From the NCBI GenBank assembly GCA_030141605.1, contig JAQGDQ010000056.1, positions 434,001 through 498,000 of the forward strand: a DNA stretch of 64,000 bases, read 5' to 3'. The notes under the pieces were generated by a model that had not been told where the DNA came from, ran no database searches, and was given only the letters and a program-made list of their open reading frames with translations. The position numbers and the translations under genes were made by a program. Positions 41,795-55,221 of the stretch are shown here, piece after piece (position 1 is the first letter of the stretch; each line of letters opens with the position of its first letter). This stretch comes from Tubiluchus corallicola. Lineage: Eukaryota; Animalia; Priapulida.

Positions 41795-42738
41795 CTGGAA
41801 AAAATTTATATGATTACTTAACGGGTTCCATTAATGCCTTCCACATAAAGCCAAATGTTGCACCTGTTGTAAGACCTTGCCCCGCGAATAATATTATATT
41901 TTTATCATGGGCCATCATTTTGGAAACAATTCTCAACCGTCAAAACAAAAAATTCGTTCTGTATTTGCAAAGTTTCAAACAACTGGAACACCTGGTGAAT
42001 AGTACACATCCTGCACAGTTATCGAAGAAATAATGGCTTAAAATACTCGACGAGTTTAACTAACCATTTTCAAAAACAGAATAAAATGTATGGCAGAGAG
42101 TGCATGCACAGTAAACAGGAAGAGTCTGAGTGGGATGACAAAATACAAGCATTTTTCATATGTTATAAAAGTTATTAAAGGCCATAACACATTTAATAAT
42201 TACAGCAAGACTTCGTCTAATGACTCCCTGTTTAGCGACGTTTCATTTTAACCTTTTGACACTTAACGACACAACTTTTATTGTAAAGCCAATTTTCCTT
42301 CCTGCTCCCATATTTTATAAATAAGAACGAAAATAATCTAAATCAAGGTTTCAATATGCCATACTGACTTAGCAGGCAGTCAGACACCGGCATGATTTAC
42401 TGCTGGACCTTTCCCATTTAGAAATAAACGTGCTCTGTGCAATACAAGTTTTATTTTACATGTACATGGCGGGATAATAACTGGTGCCTTTAGCACATCT
42501 GCATTTACGCTTTCAAGAAAAGCGATATTTTACTGCTGAAATAATATCATAATAAATAGTTGCAAAATGTTTCACTTACATGAGATCAGCATTATTGATC
42601 TTGCCTCTGGAACATATGTGCATGTTTTACATTGTTCCTATGGCAGGCGTGGATTCACCAAACCTTTCCCGTTTTGCTACAATACGTTGGCGTCACTAAG
42701 TGAGAAGTAATACTTATGAAATTGTAAAGCAGGCTTAC

Positions 42739-42932
42739 CTATGATGGCAAATGCCTGCAGTATGGAGTATCACAGTGTCATCTGGTTCAAGTCTTAAAGC
42801 CTCGAGTATATCATGTAATGCAGCATCCTCTTCGTTAATAGCAAGGTAAATCAGACATCGATTGAGGTGGGAATACAGATTCAGTTCTTCTGATGTATTC
42901 AACATTAACACCAATGAGTAATCATTTAGAGC
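42739..42932 (-). CDS. TTC6: TTC6-like exon
   Basis: ttttag|ALNDYSLVLMLNTSEELNLYSHLNRCLIYLAINEEDAALHDILEALRLEPDDTVILHTAGICHH(R)|gtaagc. Phases 0/2. Confidence 0.92.
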
Positions 42933-43437
42933 CTAAAATCATGCAGTTATAGTTGAATATAGTGGAAAGAAGTGAATAGTTATAATTGCATAACCGAGTG
43001 AAGTCAGTAATGTGTTTTTTAAAAGCCAAAATTCTATATTGAAGATGTCAAAGAAATAGCTAAGATTGAATTTACAGAACAAATTAATGATATTTTTAGT
43101 TATGGTTTGGTAAGCATGACCTGGAGTACTGCACTTGATCACTTAGCCTCAGGAGGTGACATAGGTGACACTGGTATGAGTTTGGCCAGTTTCCAGGATA
43201 TCTTAAAAAAGTATCTGCTACTATGCCATTATGCTACTTTCAAAATAACGGGCCCTGCAAATTGAAACTTACTCTGTTAATTCATCAAATTCCTCTTGCA
43301 GCTTTTCATAGAGTTGAGAATACAAAAGCCCCTTATTTAGGGTAGGAAATGGCTTTTTGGGGCAAATAATTATCATCAAACTCAAATAAATTGATGGGCA
43401 TGCAACTCAACAAGGGAAATTAAGAGTATTATTATAC

Positions 43438-43576
43438 CTCCTCATACATGGTTAGTTTTTGCCAACAGATTGCTCGATTAAAATGGGCAAGTGCACACTG
43501 CCTGTCTAATTGCACAGCTACTGTGAGGTCTCTTTCTGCCATATCATATACACCAATCCTATACTTCATAGCTCCT
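43438..43576 (-). CDS. TTC6: TTC6-like exon
   Basis: tttcag|(R)GAMKYRIGVYDMAERDLTVAVQLDRQCALAHFNRAICWQKLTMYEE|gtataa. Phases 2/0. Confidence 0.92.
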
Positions 43577-45372
43577 CTGAAATCAGAAGACAGCAGTGCA
43601 ATGAATAAAAATACTAATGACACAAAAATGCCCCCAGTCACGAGTTTAACTGCTCCTTTTTTAACTTGCTTCCTTTTAACTATTTTAATTTTCTGCCAAA
43701 ATATAACTGAAAGTGATTTACTGATCTAAAGGAAAACATGCGATGAATAAGCTGTAACTGGAAAAACTGTAAATTGATTAGTGTTTCGTTTTTCACTGTA
43801 AAATAAAAGCACGAATACAGATTAAAATACCATGACAATTATTACAACATGAGAATGAGGTGACAAAAGTTACAAAATGTTAATACAAATGGGTTAATAC
43901 AATTCCTGAAAATAAAGCTGACTTTTAGTTTAATCAATACGTTATTATTTTGACACTACTAAATCGTCATTTTAACTTAACATAACTAATGTGCACACAG
44001 ATGGGAAAATACCCATATGCACCAGCTCACATGATGACTGGTTTCCAAAGATTGTCTTCCAGGAACAGCTTTTACATGCATAAACTAGTAAAACGAGTTT
44101 AGACCAATCCACGGATCACTTAACATTATCTAGTTACTGTGAAAAGAAAGTTTACTGTCTGTGAAGACGATTTCATTTTGTAAAGTCTTTAAACAGATAA
44201 TTGTAAATGGTATTAGCTCCATTCTACTGTATGATGAGAAAATAAAAGTTGCTTTTAATTCAGTAATGCAGTTTCGGACACATGTTTGATTATTTTACTC
44301 ACTACTAATTCTAATTATTCATACATAATGTTTACTTGCAAGCCAAATTGTCCAATCAAGTTACTGTCAATCTAAGGCTATCTCAAATTTAATTTTTTGT
44401 ACATCCAGTTAAGTAATATTGGCAGCAATCTCACCAAATTTATGTAACATGCAATCAAAACCTTAATCTGAATACGATCTGAATATCTGAATAATGTTTA
44501 AAATCATGTGCAGCAATTACATTCAAAATAAATTATGAAAGTGAAATCCAAAACTCTTATTCAGAATGATCATTGTCGTCGCCATCGTCGTTGTCATCGT
44601 CATCATCAGTACCACTATCATCACCATCATAATCATGATGATGATGATCATCATCACATCAAACAAAGGTTATGTATTGAATTCCTTGGCCTCTGAATCA
44701 CAAAAAAGCATTGCTAGTTTTTCGACCAAATTCATGAATTAATCTAAACAATATTCATATAATATAATAATAATAATCTTTGGTTTGAAGTATAACTTAT
44801 TATAGGTACACAGTTAGGAATACAGGTTTTGAATTTATGGTAATTCAGAGACCAAAATCAACAAGAAAATTACATCGAAACATTGCAACTTATGACTGTT
44901 AGACTTTACGACCCGACCACAGTTTGGTTAATTAATTACACAGAACTAATTATAACTAATATTTCCACCTATTTTTTAAGCAGATTAATTTTAAATCACT
45001 ATAACTTTTGATAAATTCATCTGTAGGTGCCTCCATGATTACTCCGAACGCACACAACCTCTTATATGTAGAGTCGTATTGCTATAATATACGGGCTCAA
45101 CTTGCGCCCAATTCGTCTTACAACCAATCAGTCGGAAGCAATTGTTGTTGTATGTCGGTGAGTATCAGTATAAGAGATTTTTTGTAAATGTGGCTCAATT
45201 AACTTAGTTATTGAATGCTAACGCAACTTAAAGGTGTTGTTATGGTATTAAATATGTCATAACTCAGTAGTGAGTGGTAACTTCACGATTTTATTGGGTG
45301 CAAGTACTTTGCGTGAGTGGTTGAGACTTAAACTTGGAAGCACCAATTACGTCAATAAAACTAAACGTGTAC

Positions 45373-45488
45373 CTATAGATATAGCTTCTGATGCTGTCCG
45401 GATAGATTCTCAGTGCTTCATTGCAGTTTAGAATTGCCTTACAATCCAAATCTTGAAGACTATAAAATGCGGCTCTTGTCAGAAATGC
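45373..45488 (-). CDS. TTC6: TTC6-like exon
   Basis: ctatag|AFLTRAAFYSLQDLDCKAILNCNEALRIYPDSIRSYIY(R)|gtacac. The KAILNCNEA motif is what I recall as typical of TTC6. Phases 0/2. Confidence 0.92.
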
Positions 45489-46934
45489 CTATAGCATAAC
45501 ATTAAACAATTAAAGTTTCACTTCTGAAGCCTTACAGTTCTATTATCAACAGACAGGTCTCTACATTCCCTCGTTTTCAAGCTCTGCAGTTTTTTATAAG
45601 TGTGATTGTAATATGGAGGTGCTTACAGCCACTGTCAGTCAGAGATACAAGTGTCAGAGAAACTCTGCTAATCATACTAATAACTTTCAGAAATCATGTT
45701 ACTAGTGATCTGCAGCTTTTAGTTACAAAGTCATGTAATGCAAATCAACTACTTAATAGTCAAATTGGGTGAAATCCACAGTGATACATTAATACACTTT
45801 AATTCCGCATCTTATAAACAAAATACTGAACAAAATGTTAATACAAACAAAAGGCTAACTGAGAATGTTGCCACAGAGACAGCCAAAAATGTGAAAGTGC
45901 ACTTTTTATAAAATGCACACGTTTGGTTCAATTCAAAATTTTTTTTGCCCTAAATTAATGAAAGAAAAATAAAGGTTAGTGAAATTTTTAGCAGTTCACA
46001 GACAAAATGACACTAAACAAGTTAATATTTCGTCTGTCCTCCTGACATAGTCGTAACTGGCATAAATTTCTTCACGTAAATCTTAAATTATCCAAATTTT
46101 GCAATTTTACGTAAATCTTATATTATTCACATTTTGCATTTTTTGCAAAATGCTCAAAAGGCAGCTCTGTTGATAGAATAAGCAAAATGGGTGGCCAGGA
46201 TAATACGAGGCAAACAGACTAATAATTTGTCATTGTCAATATTAACATGTTACTTTCATATTTATCTGTATATTGGCACTGATATCACATTTCACTAGTG
46301 ATTTAGCAATTCATGTGAAGTATTGCAATAGCTATGAGGTGAATTTGATAAACATATAAATTTAGTTTAAATTAGAATAAATTGCATAGAAAATTCATGT
46401 TAAGTTATCCCTCAAAGGTTTCCACTGCTAAAATACCTAATAAACGTTTCAAAATCCTTGAAAATAATTTATCATAAATCTGGTTTTGGTTAGGTCAATT
46501 AATAGTCTGTGGCTAAATCCAGCATGTAAGCCAACAAAAATATAAAAACATGGCAGAGAGTGTGTACTGAATGGACCAGAAAAGGGTATTTACATTTGCA
46601 AGACCAATTTTATTGCAAAATTGGAAAAGCTCTTGCTACTAGGCTCCAGAAGTCTAAAATACATTGTTTTCAAAGGCTTTTCAAATAGTAGTTGGTTGTT
46701 TTGACAGTACAAGTTTTTGATGAGAAACTGAATCATTGATTTTCTACTGTTGATCATAATAACTTCTAGAAACAACATAGTTTTTAATGTAAATAAACTT
46801 TATAATTTTTTTCACCAACAATTAATTTATCCATGATGTCATTTGGAGCATTTTACAAGTTTTTTATTTTACTTAGGTTGTTCTGGCAAAATATTCTCAT
46901 TTGAGAAGTCTTCAACCTATTAAACCGAACTCAC

Positions 46935-47033
46935 CTGAAATACTTTAGGATTGAGCTGTAGTGCTGTGCTAATGGAAAACATTCCCTTCACTTCTCCCAT
47001 GCGAAGTAACACATGTCCTTTGTGAAAATGAGC
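46935..47033 (-). CDS. TTC6: TTC6-like exon
   Basis: gtttag|AHFHKGHVLLRMGEVKGMFSISTALQLNPKVFQ|gtgagt. 99 nt, phase 0/0. Confidence 0.9.
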
Positions 47034-47956
47034 CTAAACAAACTGTCATTATGCAATAGTGAACACATAGTTTTGCGTAAAACCCAATAAATCTTATTGT
47101 AATAAAGTTTTTACTTTTACAAATTCTGCATTTCACTGTATTTTCAGGAACTTATTATTGCTGGTTTTTCATGACCTCCACTATTTTAATGTTTTTGATT
47201 GATAGTACGACAGGTTTAAAAATGTACCCTAAGCCTTTATACAACTTATTTATATTTATCAAACAGAATTTTGTGTTAAATCAGGACTAAACAATTTCTC
47301 CCTATCAATTCTATAAAAAAGTATAATAGACCCAAAGAAATGACTACACACTAATTATTTATGTCTAGATGGGCTTAAAAGCTCTATACTTTCACTTGTA
47401 CAGATAAATTATGAAAACCAACCTCTCCTATTAAAGAAGTAGAGCCGGTGTGGATTACTTTGGAAAATTAGACATCGCCAAACACATAAGTAAATGTTGT
47501 CATCCTGTGTAGTGCTTGTGAAAGCAGCATAAAGGAAGTAAGTACTGAAGTATTTTATTGCTCCATTATTGAAAGTTTTTGGTAATTACTCATTTCAGAA
47601 AACCATATTGTGACATTTCAAAACATTAAGCTGGAAATGTGTTATAATTGGTAAACAAGGGGTTTATTAATTATTGTACAGGATGGAGAGGTTTCACAAA
47701 GAACAACAAATGTATTGCACATACATAGTATATAAAAATAAGCGCCAAACTAAGGAAAGTTTAGCTCAAATTTTTTCCTGGAAATTCGTCTCAAAGGATT
47801 CAGGCAAGGTTACAAATATGAATTTTTAAAACATGTCAACGGAAAGACATAAACCAACTTCAAGATAATACATCATGCATGCGATCTTTGCTAGGAAATT
47901 TAAAGCAATATCTAGTTGTTAACAATATAAGCATACTAAATAACAACTGTACACAC

Positions 47957-48133
47957 CATTGCCATATTGTTGTCTAATTTGAGCACTTGATTGAACTGGT
48001 AGAGAGCTTTCTTGTAATCGCACATGTCCTGGTAGGCGAGACCAAGTGTGTAAAGAGCATCAATGCGTTCACATCTTTTTAACTTCAACTGCTGAGGTTG
48101 AAATTCCATAAATCCAGTGAGCTCTTCTTTTGT
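47957..48133 (-). CDS. TTC6: TTC6-like exon
   Basis: attcag|TKEELTGF...DALYTLGLAYQDMCDYKKALYQFNQVLKLDNNMAM|gtgtgt. 177 nt. The acceptor was chosen by phase and is the least certain boundary. Confidence 0.85.
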
Positions 48134-48648
48134 CTGAATAGGGCCAAGAAACAAGAATTGACCAGTAGAACTTGGGAAAACAAAGAAAATGAAAAGACAG
48201 AACAAAAAAGCATTTGCTAAGGTGGACGGAGCTTTGCAAAAACAGCAGTTCTAAGATCTAATGGTACAGACTGTCTCCACTTCGTCCAAAACTGATGTAG
48301 AGATTCAGACAAAAATGCTTAAAAATGGAAATAAAAATATTTTGCCTATGTACATCATGCCCACGCATGCATTCCATGCATTCAACAAATGTGCAGGAAT
48401 AAGTTAATAATAATACCTCAATAATGCATAAGCATGCCACAACATGTTCTACTGCATGGCATAATAACGTTTCTTAATAGAAAAGTTTTATTCTAATCCA
48501 AGTCATATAAATAAAAATGCATTTTGGCGCACACAGATAAACGTCAGTGTGAATACATGCAAGTAGATCCATACATATATAAATACAGTAGACATGGACA
48601 CAATACAATAGTCTTAAGGGTTATTAATATATGAACAATTTATATTAC

Positions 48649-48783
48649 CTTGTTTTTCAGTGATTGTTGTAAGCTAGTTACTGCATGTTCATTTAGTCCC
48701 GCTTTCCATTGTATTTTACCTAGAAGCAACCAGTATCTTGCTAAGTGGGACTCCTTCAAAGCTGTTTCTATGATCTCTATTGC
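48649..48783 (-). CDS. TTC6: TTC6-like exon
   Basis: ttgtag|AIEIIETALKESHLARYWLLLGKIQWKAGLNEHAVTSLQQSLKNK|gtaata. 135 nt, phase 0/0; TPR helix pair. Confidence 0.88.
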
Positions 48784-49236
48784 CTACAATACATATGTTA
48801 TTCAAATAAACCTGTTTAACTTTTTTTGAAAATTTCTCATGATTAATAATTAATCCTGTTTCGCAAATGACTAAAAATTTGTTTAGTATCCTTCCCGTGC
48901 CAGTACTAAGGTGAAGGGCACCAAATGATTTTCTGTGCTCACTAACTAAACTTCCATTGCTGAAATACTGGTTCATAACAGAACTTAGTAAAAATAATAT
49001 GGGTCTCATAATCAGGCAGGTGAATGTTTCAGATGTAAATTGATAATAAAGTCATCTCAGATCATTTAAAAGATTATTACAATCATTTATGGAAGTTATT
49101 TAATAAAATTCTGAGAATCTAAATATCTTTATAGCTTGGTATTCAACAACTGTTAACTTTGTGGAACTCGTCTAGAGCTACATCACTAGTCTACATGTAC
49201 CGTCATTTGTTATCATTAAACGCATTAATCTCGAAC

Positions 49237-49374
49237 CTTCTCATATTTTTCAGCAAAACACAAGACTTCGGCTTGTAAAACTGGTAGGTGCTTAAGATCA
49301 GTTGCAAATTCTGCCCCTTGAAATAGACACGTCGTAGCCACTTTGGAATCACCAATTTCAAGTGCAATATCTCC
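49237..49374 (-). CDS. TTC6: TTC6-like exon
   Basis: ttgtag|GDIALEIGDSKVATTCLFQGAEFATDLKHLPVLQAEVLCFAEKYEK|gttcga. 138 nt, phase 0/0. Confidence 0.85.
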
Positions 49375-49473
49375 CTACAAAAAGCATAAGGAGCTGTAGA
49401 GCTTTTACTATAACTGCATTTACCTAGCTACTAATAACAACGTACACAGTTGCATACACTCATTTTTATTTAC

Positions 49474-49642
49474 CTTAATTACGTAAAAGTCAATCACATT
49501 TGGCCACAGATGTATAATGAAGGACATCTCCTTTAGAGCCTTCTTGTGCAATCTCAGCTTTCTGTAAGCATGCACTCTGCACAAACGAGGACGTACCATG
49601 GTAGGATCTCTTTTTATAGCCATCGAGAAATACTTCACTGAG
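49474..49642 (-). CDS. TTC6: TTC6-like TPR protein, most 5' exon recognisable in the window
   Basis: ttccag|C TCA GTG AAG. Encodes SVKYFSMAIKRDPTMVRPRLCRVHAYRKLRLHKKALKEMSFIIHLWPNVIDFYVIK, then gtaaat. TPR pattern. It begins in phase 2, so an upstream exon is required. Confidence 0.85.
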
Positions 49643-50065
49643 CTGGAAGAAAATGAAAAACTGACTTTTATGAACTTAGTTGCTAACATCAGGTAGTGGA
49701 AGTAAAGTTCCAGGTATTTAGCAATGAGTCCTAGTTCTGTTCGAAATGTGCAAAAGGAAGTAAATCCGCTTTCACATTTTTGTGGTAATATCATCCAAGT
49801 CAATTTTCAGTTCCAATAATTTCTCAGAATAGAAGTTGCCTTTACTGCCATAGTATTTCCCATTCAATGGTTATTTTTAAATAAAGAGGTACTTTATTAA
49901 ACCCACAGCAAACCACTGCAAAGCTGCTGAAACAGGTACTTCTGCAATTTATGGGAAACAATTATTTTTTTATATCAAGTTAAAGGAACTTAACTCATCC
50001 TAGCAATGGCAAGAAGCTAGAAATCATCAAGATATGTTAATTTCGGTGGATATACATAATTTACA

Positions 50066-50069
50066 TCTC

Positions 50070-50114
<45 letters not shown>

Positions 50115-50830
50115 GTATATACAACCGATGGGGCTAAAGCTCCAATGACAGCACCTTTCTCGACAATCTATACATCAAACGAAAGGCTTCAATCCACAGA
50201 TTTACGATTGGGGGTTTATTTTTCGAAACAGGTCCAGCGAGAAGAAAAGGGGTGCGGCGAAAAACCTCCAAAATGGCACTTTTTTGCCCATTTTTCGCGA
50301 AAATTGGCAAAATTTATACCTCTTACTTCTAGAGAATGGGAATGTGCTGGGAATGGCAACAATAATGAGTGAACAGCCCATCCAAAGGTGGGTGTAATGA
50401 GGACCACGATTTTCTGCAATGTGCCTTTTCCTAGACCCATCCGCCAAAATTTTGCCGAAAACTGCACAAACAGCCTCTAGAAATAATCGATTTGCAGAAC
50501 AGTTGGGGCACGTTGAGCGAAAATAAACACACTCCCGGAAAGATGATGAAACGGTCTACAAAGTGTTGAAGGTTTCCTTGAGAGAAATGTCCACTAGACG
50601 AAATGGGAAGCATGGGCGTATTTTGAAGTTCTCTTTCAACCCCCAGTGCCGCTTGCCGTTTGGAACATGCGCTGTCTTTGAGTTTGAGAAATTTCACAAT
50701 TGTTCCAGGCATTGTTGTCACCCACCATCCTACAGAGTTATGGACTGTGCAATATAAACGTACATATAAGTTATATCTGTTAGCCTATTACTATCTGAGA
50801 AGCAATACGCAAAACTATGTAGAATGTCCA
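50066..50830 (+). mobile_element. Non-autonomous Helitron-like element, copy 2
   Basis: A^TC start, (TCTA)n at 50070-50113, a core shared with 3420-3590, and a possible end actatgtagaatgtcc resembling the end of copy 1. The 3' boundary is uncertain. Confidence 0.6.
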
Positions 50831-51287
50831 TGCATTATTCATTATTAATAGATGGGTCTAATAGCATTTGTCATAGTATATAACTTTTGTATGAAATGTT
50901 TTGCATGGTTTCACGATGCTGCTGTTGTTGGTGTTGTTATCATCATTGTTCAGAATTTTTCAGTGCCACCTTCTTCACAGTAATTAGCTGTTGGTTATTG
51001 CTGTGTCACTCCAATCATTTTTTTCTGTTTTCCAAATACAAGACAAACTAAACTCTCTTGATTTTTACCTGCCATTTGACATTTACCTTCTATTTACTAG
51101 TGTAGACTTACATTATGATGCCTGAGACTACTTCAACAACGGATAAATCACACACTCAAGGAAACCAAATATGTACAAAACAGGCTTAATATAACAAGGC
51201 AGGTGGTAAATTGATTTTAAGGCCTGTAAAAAACAAGTAAAGAAAAGTATGCGTGGTCAGAAGCAGACTAGCAAAGGAAACATAAAA

Positions 51288-51363
51288 ATGAAAGCTGCAA
51301 TTGTAATTGTAATTGTATGCTTGTGCCTTCTAGCAGTGGCTGCCTATGTGTTTGCAAATAAAG
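51288..51363 (+). CDS. Kunitz gene A exon 1: signal peptide
   Basis: aaaATG then MKAAIVIVIVCLCLLAVAAYVFANK(G), then donor gtaaag. Hydrophobic signal peptide. The phase-1 donor matches the acceptor at 52377. Confidence 0.85.
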
Positions 51364-52376
51364 GTAAAGATTTGTATGCTATCATTTCTTTATAATTTTT
51401 AGTTATTAGCCTGTGAAAAAGAAAAAAAATGTATATTGTTTTTCTTGGATTAACCAATGTTTATAGGTAACAAATTTGATAGTTTATATACTGTCAAATT
51501 ACTTGCTGGTAGGTTTATATGAGAGATTCACAGTAATAAAAAATTCATCAGTGCAGTTATGTGGCCACAGTAACTAACTGTAATGGAGTTATTCATGTAG
51601 AAGCAATATATCATAATAGGCTAAATAAAAGTTCGATAATGTCCTCATTACGTCATATAAAATGTTTTTCCCATTGTTCCAATGCTGATTAATTCATTTC
51701 TAAACAGTTTTTCGTCTCTGCTAGTTCTAACATAATACCACTGAGTGCTGTCTGACTCCACAGTTTGCACTACATTTTCGACGAGCGCACATTAGGCTGC
51801 TGTATACTACACATATACTTGATGTTTATGGTTCTAAATCGTTATCTTGTATTACAGATTTGATTTTTGTGATTTTTATTGTATTTTTTTGGCGATAATA
51901 ATATAATGATCTTCATTGCAAACAATTTAAATATACCTTAACTCTTAGGTTACATGACTACATGATATATTGTCTGGTCTGTGTCTGGCCACATAAACAA
52001 AACTTGTCTGTGGATGTGGAAAGTAATGCGTTTCTAAAACCAAATTTTTTTATGTTTGTGAAATATCCACTGTATCGTTAAGAGAATAAATTACAACACA
52101 AATTCCTGCTTACCTGATTCCATACATGGAGATGTACTGAGCATTTTGAATAGGTTAAACAAAAGTTTTGTAGGTAAAATCAATATTTATTCAGTTTTCT
52201 GTTTACTTGTGTACTAAAAACCGCATATATGATGGCGCCAAGAGTGTTGTTCATTCAGCAAATATAGAAATCTGCCAAGCTAATGTTAACCTATGTACTA
52301 CAAAATGATTTACTAGGCTTTTTTCTTTAATAGCCTCACACTTGGAACTTTCTTAAAATGTTAATATTTTATATAG

Positions 52377-52612
52377 GTATGAGATCACTACTGGAAGACA
52401 AGAGTGACACAGATGCTACATCAGAAGAAATTAATGAAATTGTTTGCAGCTTAACATACGACACAGGACCGTGTAGAGGGTACTTTCCCAGATGGTACTA
52501 CTCTACAGAATGGCACAGGTGCACAGGTTTCATCTATGGTGGTTGTCAAGGAAATGCAAATAACTTCGCGACAGAGGAAGAGTGTCAGAATAATTGTGTG
52601 AATGTGCACTAG
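52377..52612 (+). CDS. Kunitz gene A exon 2: BPTI/Kunitz serine protease inhibitor domain (P1 Arg); precursor ~103 aa
   Basis: atatag|GT ATG. Acidic propeptide, then CSLTYDTGPCRGYFPRWYYSTEWHRCTGFIYGGCQGNANNFATEEECQNNC with canonical six-Cys spacing and the FxYGGCxGNxNNF motif. TAG at 52610-52612. Confidence 0.9.
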
Positions 52613-52770
52613 CAGTTGAAGTGGGACAATGTAAAGGCTACTTTCCGAGATGTGACTACTCCAATAAGACAAAGAAATGTGAATAGTTCGTATATGGAGG
52701 TTGCAGAGGAAATACAAAAAAAATTTTTAAATGAAGAACAGTGTAAACAAAAATGCATAACACAATACGT
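52603..52770 (+). pseudogene. Decayed second Kunitz domain immediately after gene A domain 1
   Basis: A shifted frame reads CALAVEVGQCKGYFPRCDYSNKTKKCE*FVYGGCRGNTKK, then a frameshift in an A/T run, then FLNEEQCKQKC. In-frame TAG at 52684-52686. Confidence 0.85.
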
Positions 52771-53382
52771 GCAAGAAACATATACTAAAATCCTACTAAT
52801 CGTAGTTTAACTTGATATAACGTTTTCATTAATTAGGTATTATAGCCAAGATTCTCCTGTTTTGCAGATGAATTTAAATTAACAACTCTCTACACCTGTG
52901 TGTGTTCAGAAAAATAAATATGCTTTTTAAAAATGATAGTACTGAGTGGCTCAATATGTTTTTCCACTGTTATTATTTACAAGCATTTTCTTTATACTGC
53001 AGCAGCATGGCCTAGAAATTATAATGACATACGTGAACCATATGCACTACAAACAGTGAATAAATCAGGCAGCCAGCCAGCCAGTCAGACAGTTAATCAG
53101 CTAGTCATGCAATATGTAAGTCAATCAGCCAGTCGGCCAATCAGGCAGCCAGTTCAAACAACAAAGCAGGTTAATGAATAAACAAACAAGTTATCAAACA
53201 GATGAATGAACAAAGAGCGAGTTAACAAAGAAATGAACGACCAAAAAATAACAACAGCTATTGTTACATAACAACATACAATAAGCACATGTATAATCAT
53301 TTCGATATTCCTTGGCTCTGTTGGTGAGATGTTACGTACTAATAAATTAGTTGACTTATTCTTGGGGAAACACAAATGCAGA

Positions 53383-53499
53383 AATAAGATGACAAATTTC
53401 AAAGCCAAAACTGCCACATATAGCAGCATGTTGAATTTATTGCAGCTTTCAAACGAAACAGTATGCGTCTGTTTGGGTCTTGAAATTTGTCATCTTATT
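53383..53499. mobile_element. Small MITE / inverted repeat
   Basis: aataagatgacaaatttcaa ... ttgaaatttgtcatcttatt: a 20-bp perfect inverted repeat that extends imperfectly inward. Confidence 0.7.
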
Positions 53500-55221
53500 G
53501 GCTAGCTGATCATGGAAATCTGCTCGTCCAAATATTACAGTTTGTCGGGCTTGCCGCCTGGCTTGGCCGAACAGATGATAACACTATCGATAACACTTTC
53601 TGAGTTTATCAAATTGGTAGTTGACAAACTGGTTCCACAGGCAATTAAAAAAGGTATTAGTAATTAGGAATTATTTCTGTGTTCTAAAGCAACAAGGTCT
53701 ATGTCTACGTCTGCATAATTTTTGTGTAGAAGTACTAGATTTGCTTTACAACGTGGCTGTCAGTATCTGTTATACTGACTTGCTGACTGCTAAATTAACT
53801 GCACCTGAGCAGCAATATACTGAGTGACACATGCAAATTAACGTGTGCAAACTAACTAAAAACAATGTGGCGAACTTCTGAAATTGTAGTGACATCATAT
53901 TAGTTTGGAACGTGAAGAGAAGGAACGAACAAAGAGAAATCAAAGTTAAAGCACGGAGAATAACACTCTACAACACTATGTAGTGTTGAGCTCCGAAAAA
54001 GTAAAACAAGATGAAAATCTTGCTGTCTTTAATGGTGGCGGTAGCAAGTATTTTTATCAGTTTACTTAAAGGAAGCCAATTTGGGAACGCACAGGATATT
54101 ACAGGTAGGCTAAGTTAGGGCGTAAGTGAAAAAAATAACAATATGCCATGCATAAAATTAATATGTATACGGCACGACGACAGCGTTCACCGTTATTCTT
54201 TATTTAACATGCTACCATTATAATTACTCACGAGTATGAAACAATATATAGTATATATACATATTATATATAAGAACATCACATTAACAGTTACACATTT
54301 CTTCGAAAATATAGATTAGTTTTAAGTACAAATAAATACACACAGTAGGCCTATAATAAACACACAAAATTATTAACTTATTTCCAGCGTAGTCCTAGCA
54401 GACATATAATGAGACTACGAGATAACACAATGCACATAAATAAATAAAATATGTTTTATACCTTAAAGTAGTTTTCACTCATTCTGTCTGCCCATTTAAA
54501 GTTGCACCGCATCGTTGCCCGGGAGAAAACGTTTATCTTTATTTAGTGATACGGGGAATATAAGTCTTGTCTTGCTTGATATGGGAAATCACACCAAAGT
54601 TTGTAGCGAGATGAATTAATTGCTGAGTTTAATGCTCTATTGTAGTTTGTGTGTTAATGGATTCGTGGCAAATGGAATGTGGTTAAGCAATAGGCATGTC
54701 ATCTTTCAGTTTCACAGGGAAATTGAGGGAATGTGCAAAGCGTGTTACACGAAACCAAAATCAACTGACAATTTGTGAAGCGCAAAGCGAAACGTGTCAG
54801 CTGATTAGAAGTCAAAAGTTTACGGTTATGCGAAGGCCACAGCAAGCAAAACAGATACTACAAACAAACTAAAGCAGCGGCGCCTAAACAAACTACCAAT
54901 TTAATGCAGTTTTGGGGTATGTTATGCAAGAATATGTGTGTGTAACGTAAGTAATAAGTACCAATAATTTTCAACAAAAATGATGTTTAGCTTTCCTTGT
55001 CTAGTGCCTAACAGATAATAATAAAGGAACCAATGGCGAATTTTAGCATAAGAATCGCTGTTACGCAGTTGTAGAACTTTGTTGTAACTTACAGTCAGTG
55101 ATAATCTTCCAGTTGTTGATTTTGTTGAAATTAAAGCTGATTTAATTGAGATTATCATTACTGTCATCAATACCATTGGTGGTAGTGGATTTTTACTAGT
55201 GCTGTCGGTGGTACTATTGGA

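Noticed and set aside
49643-49803. Extension of the TTC6-like frame upstream (ELGLIAKYLELYFHY, via a 45-nt intron or exon read-through)
   Set aside because: LGLI resembles a TPR helix, but the intron would be much shorter than any other here (the shortest is 99 nt). There is a good pyrimidine tract at 49643-49660, and the frame further upstream has no TPR pattern or convincing acceptor. Not fully excluded.
50034-50848. Several overlapping 60-110 aa ORFs
   Set aside because: They lie within a Helitron-like repeat, include a (TCTA)n translation, and show no recognisable domain.
52610-52810. Stop-codon readthrough at TAG-CAG into the in-frame 64-aa ORF
   Set aside because: The readthrough frame is scrambled for most of the domain. 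The real Kunitz sequence is in another frame with its own stop, so this is decay and not recoding.
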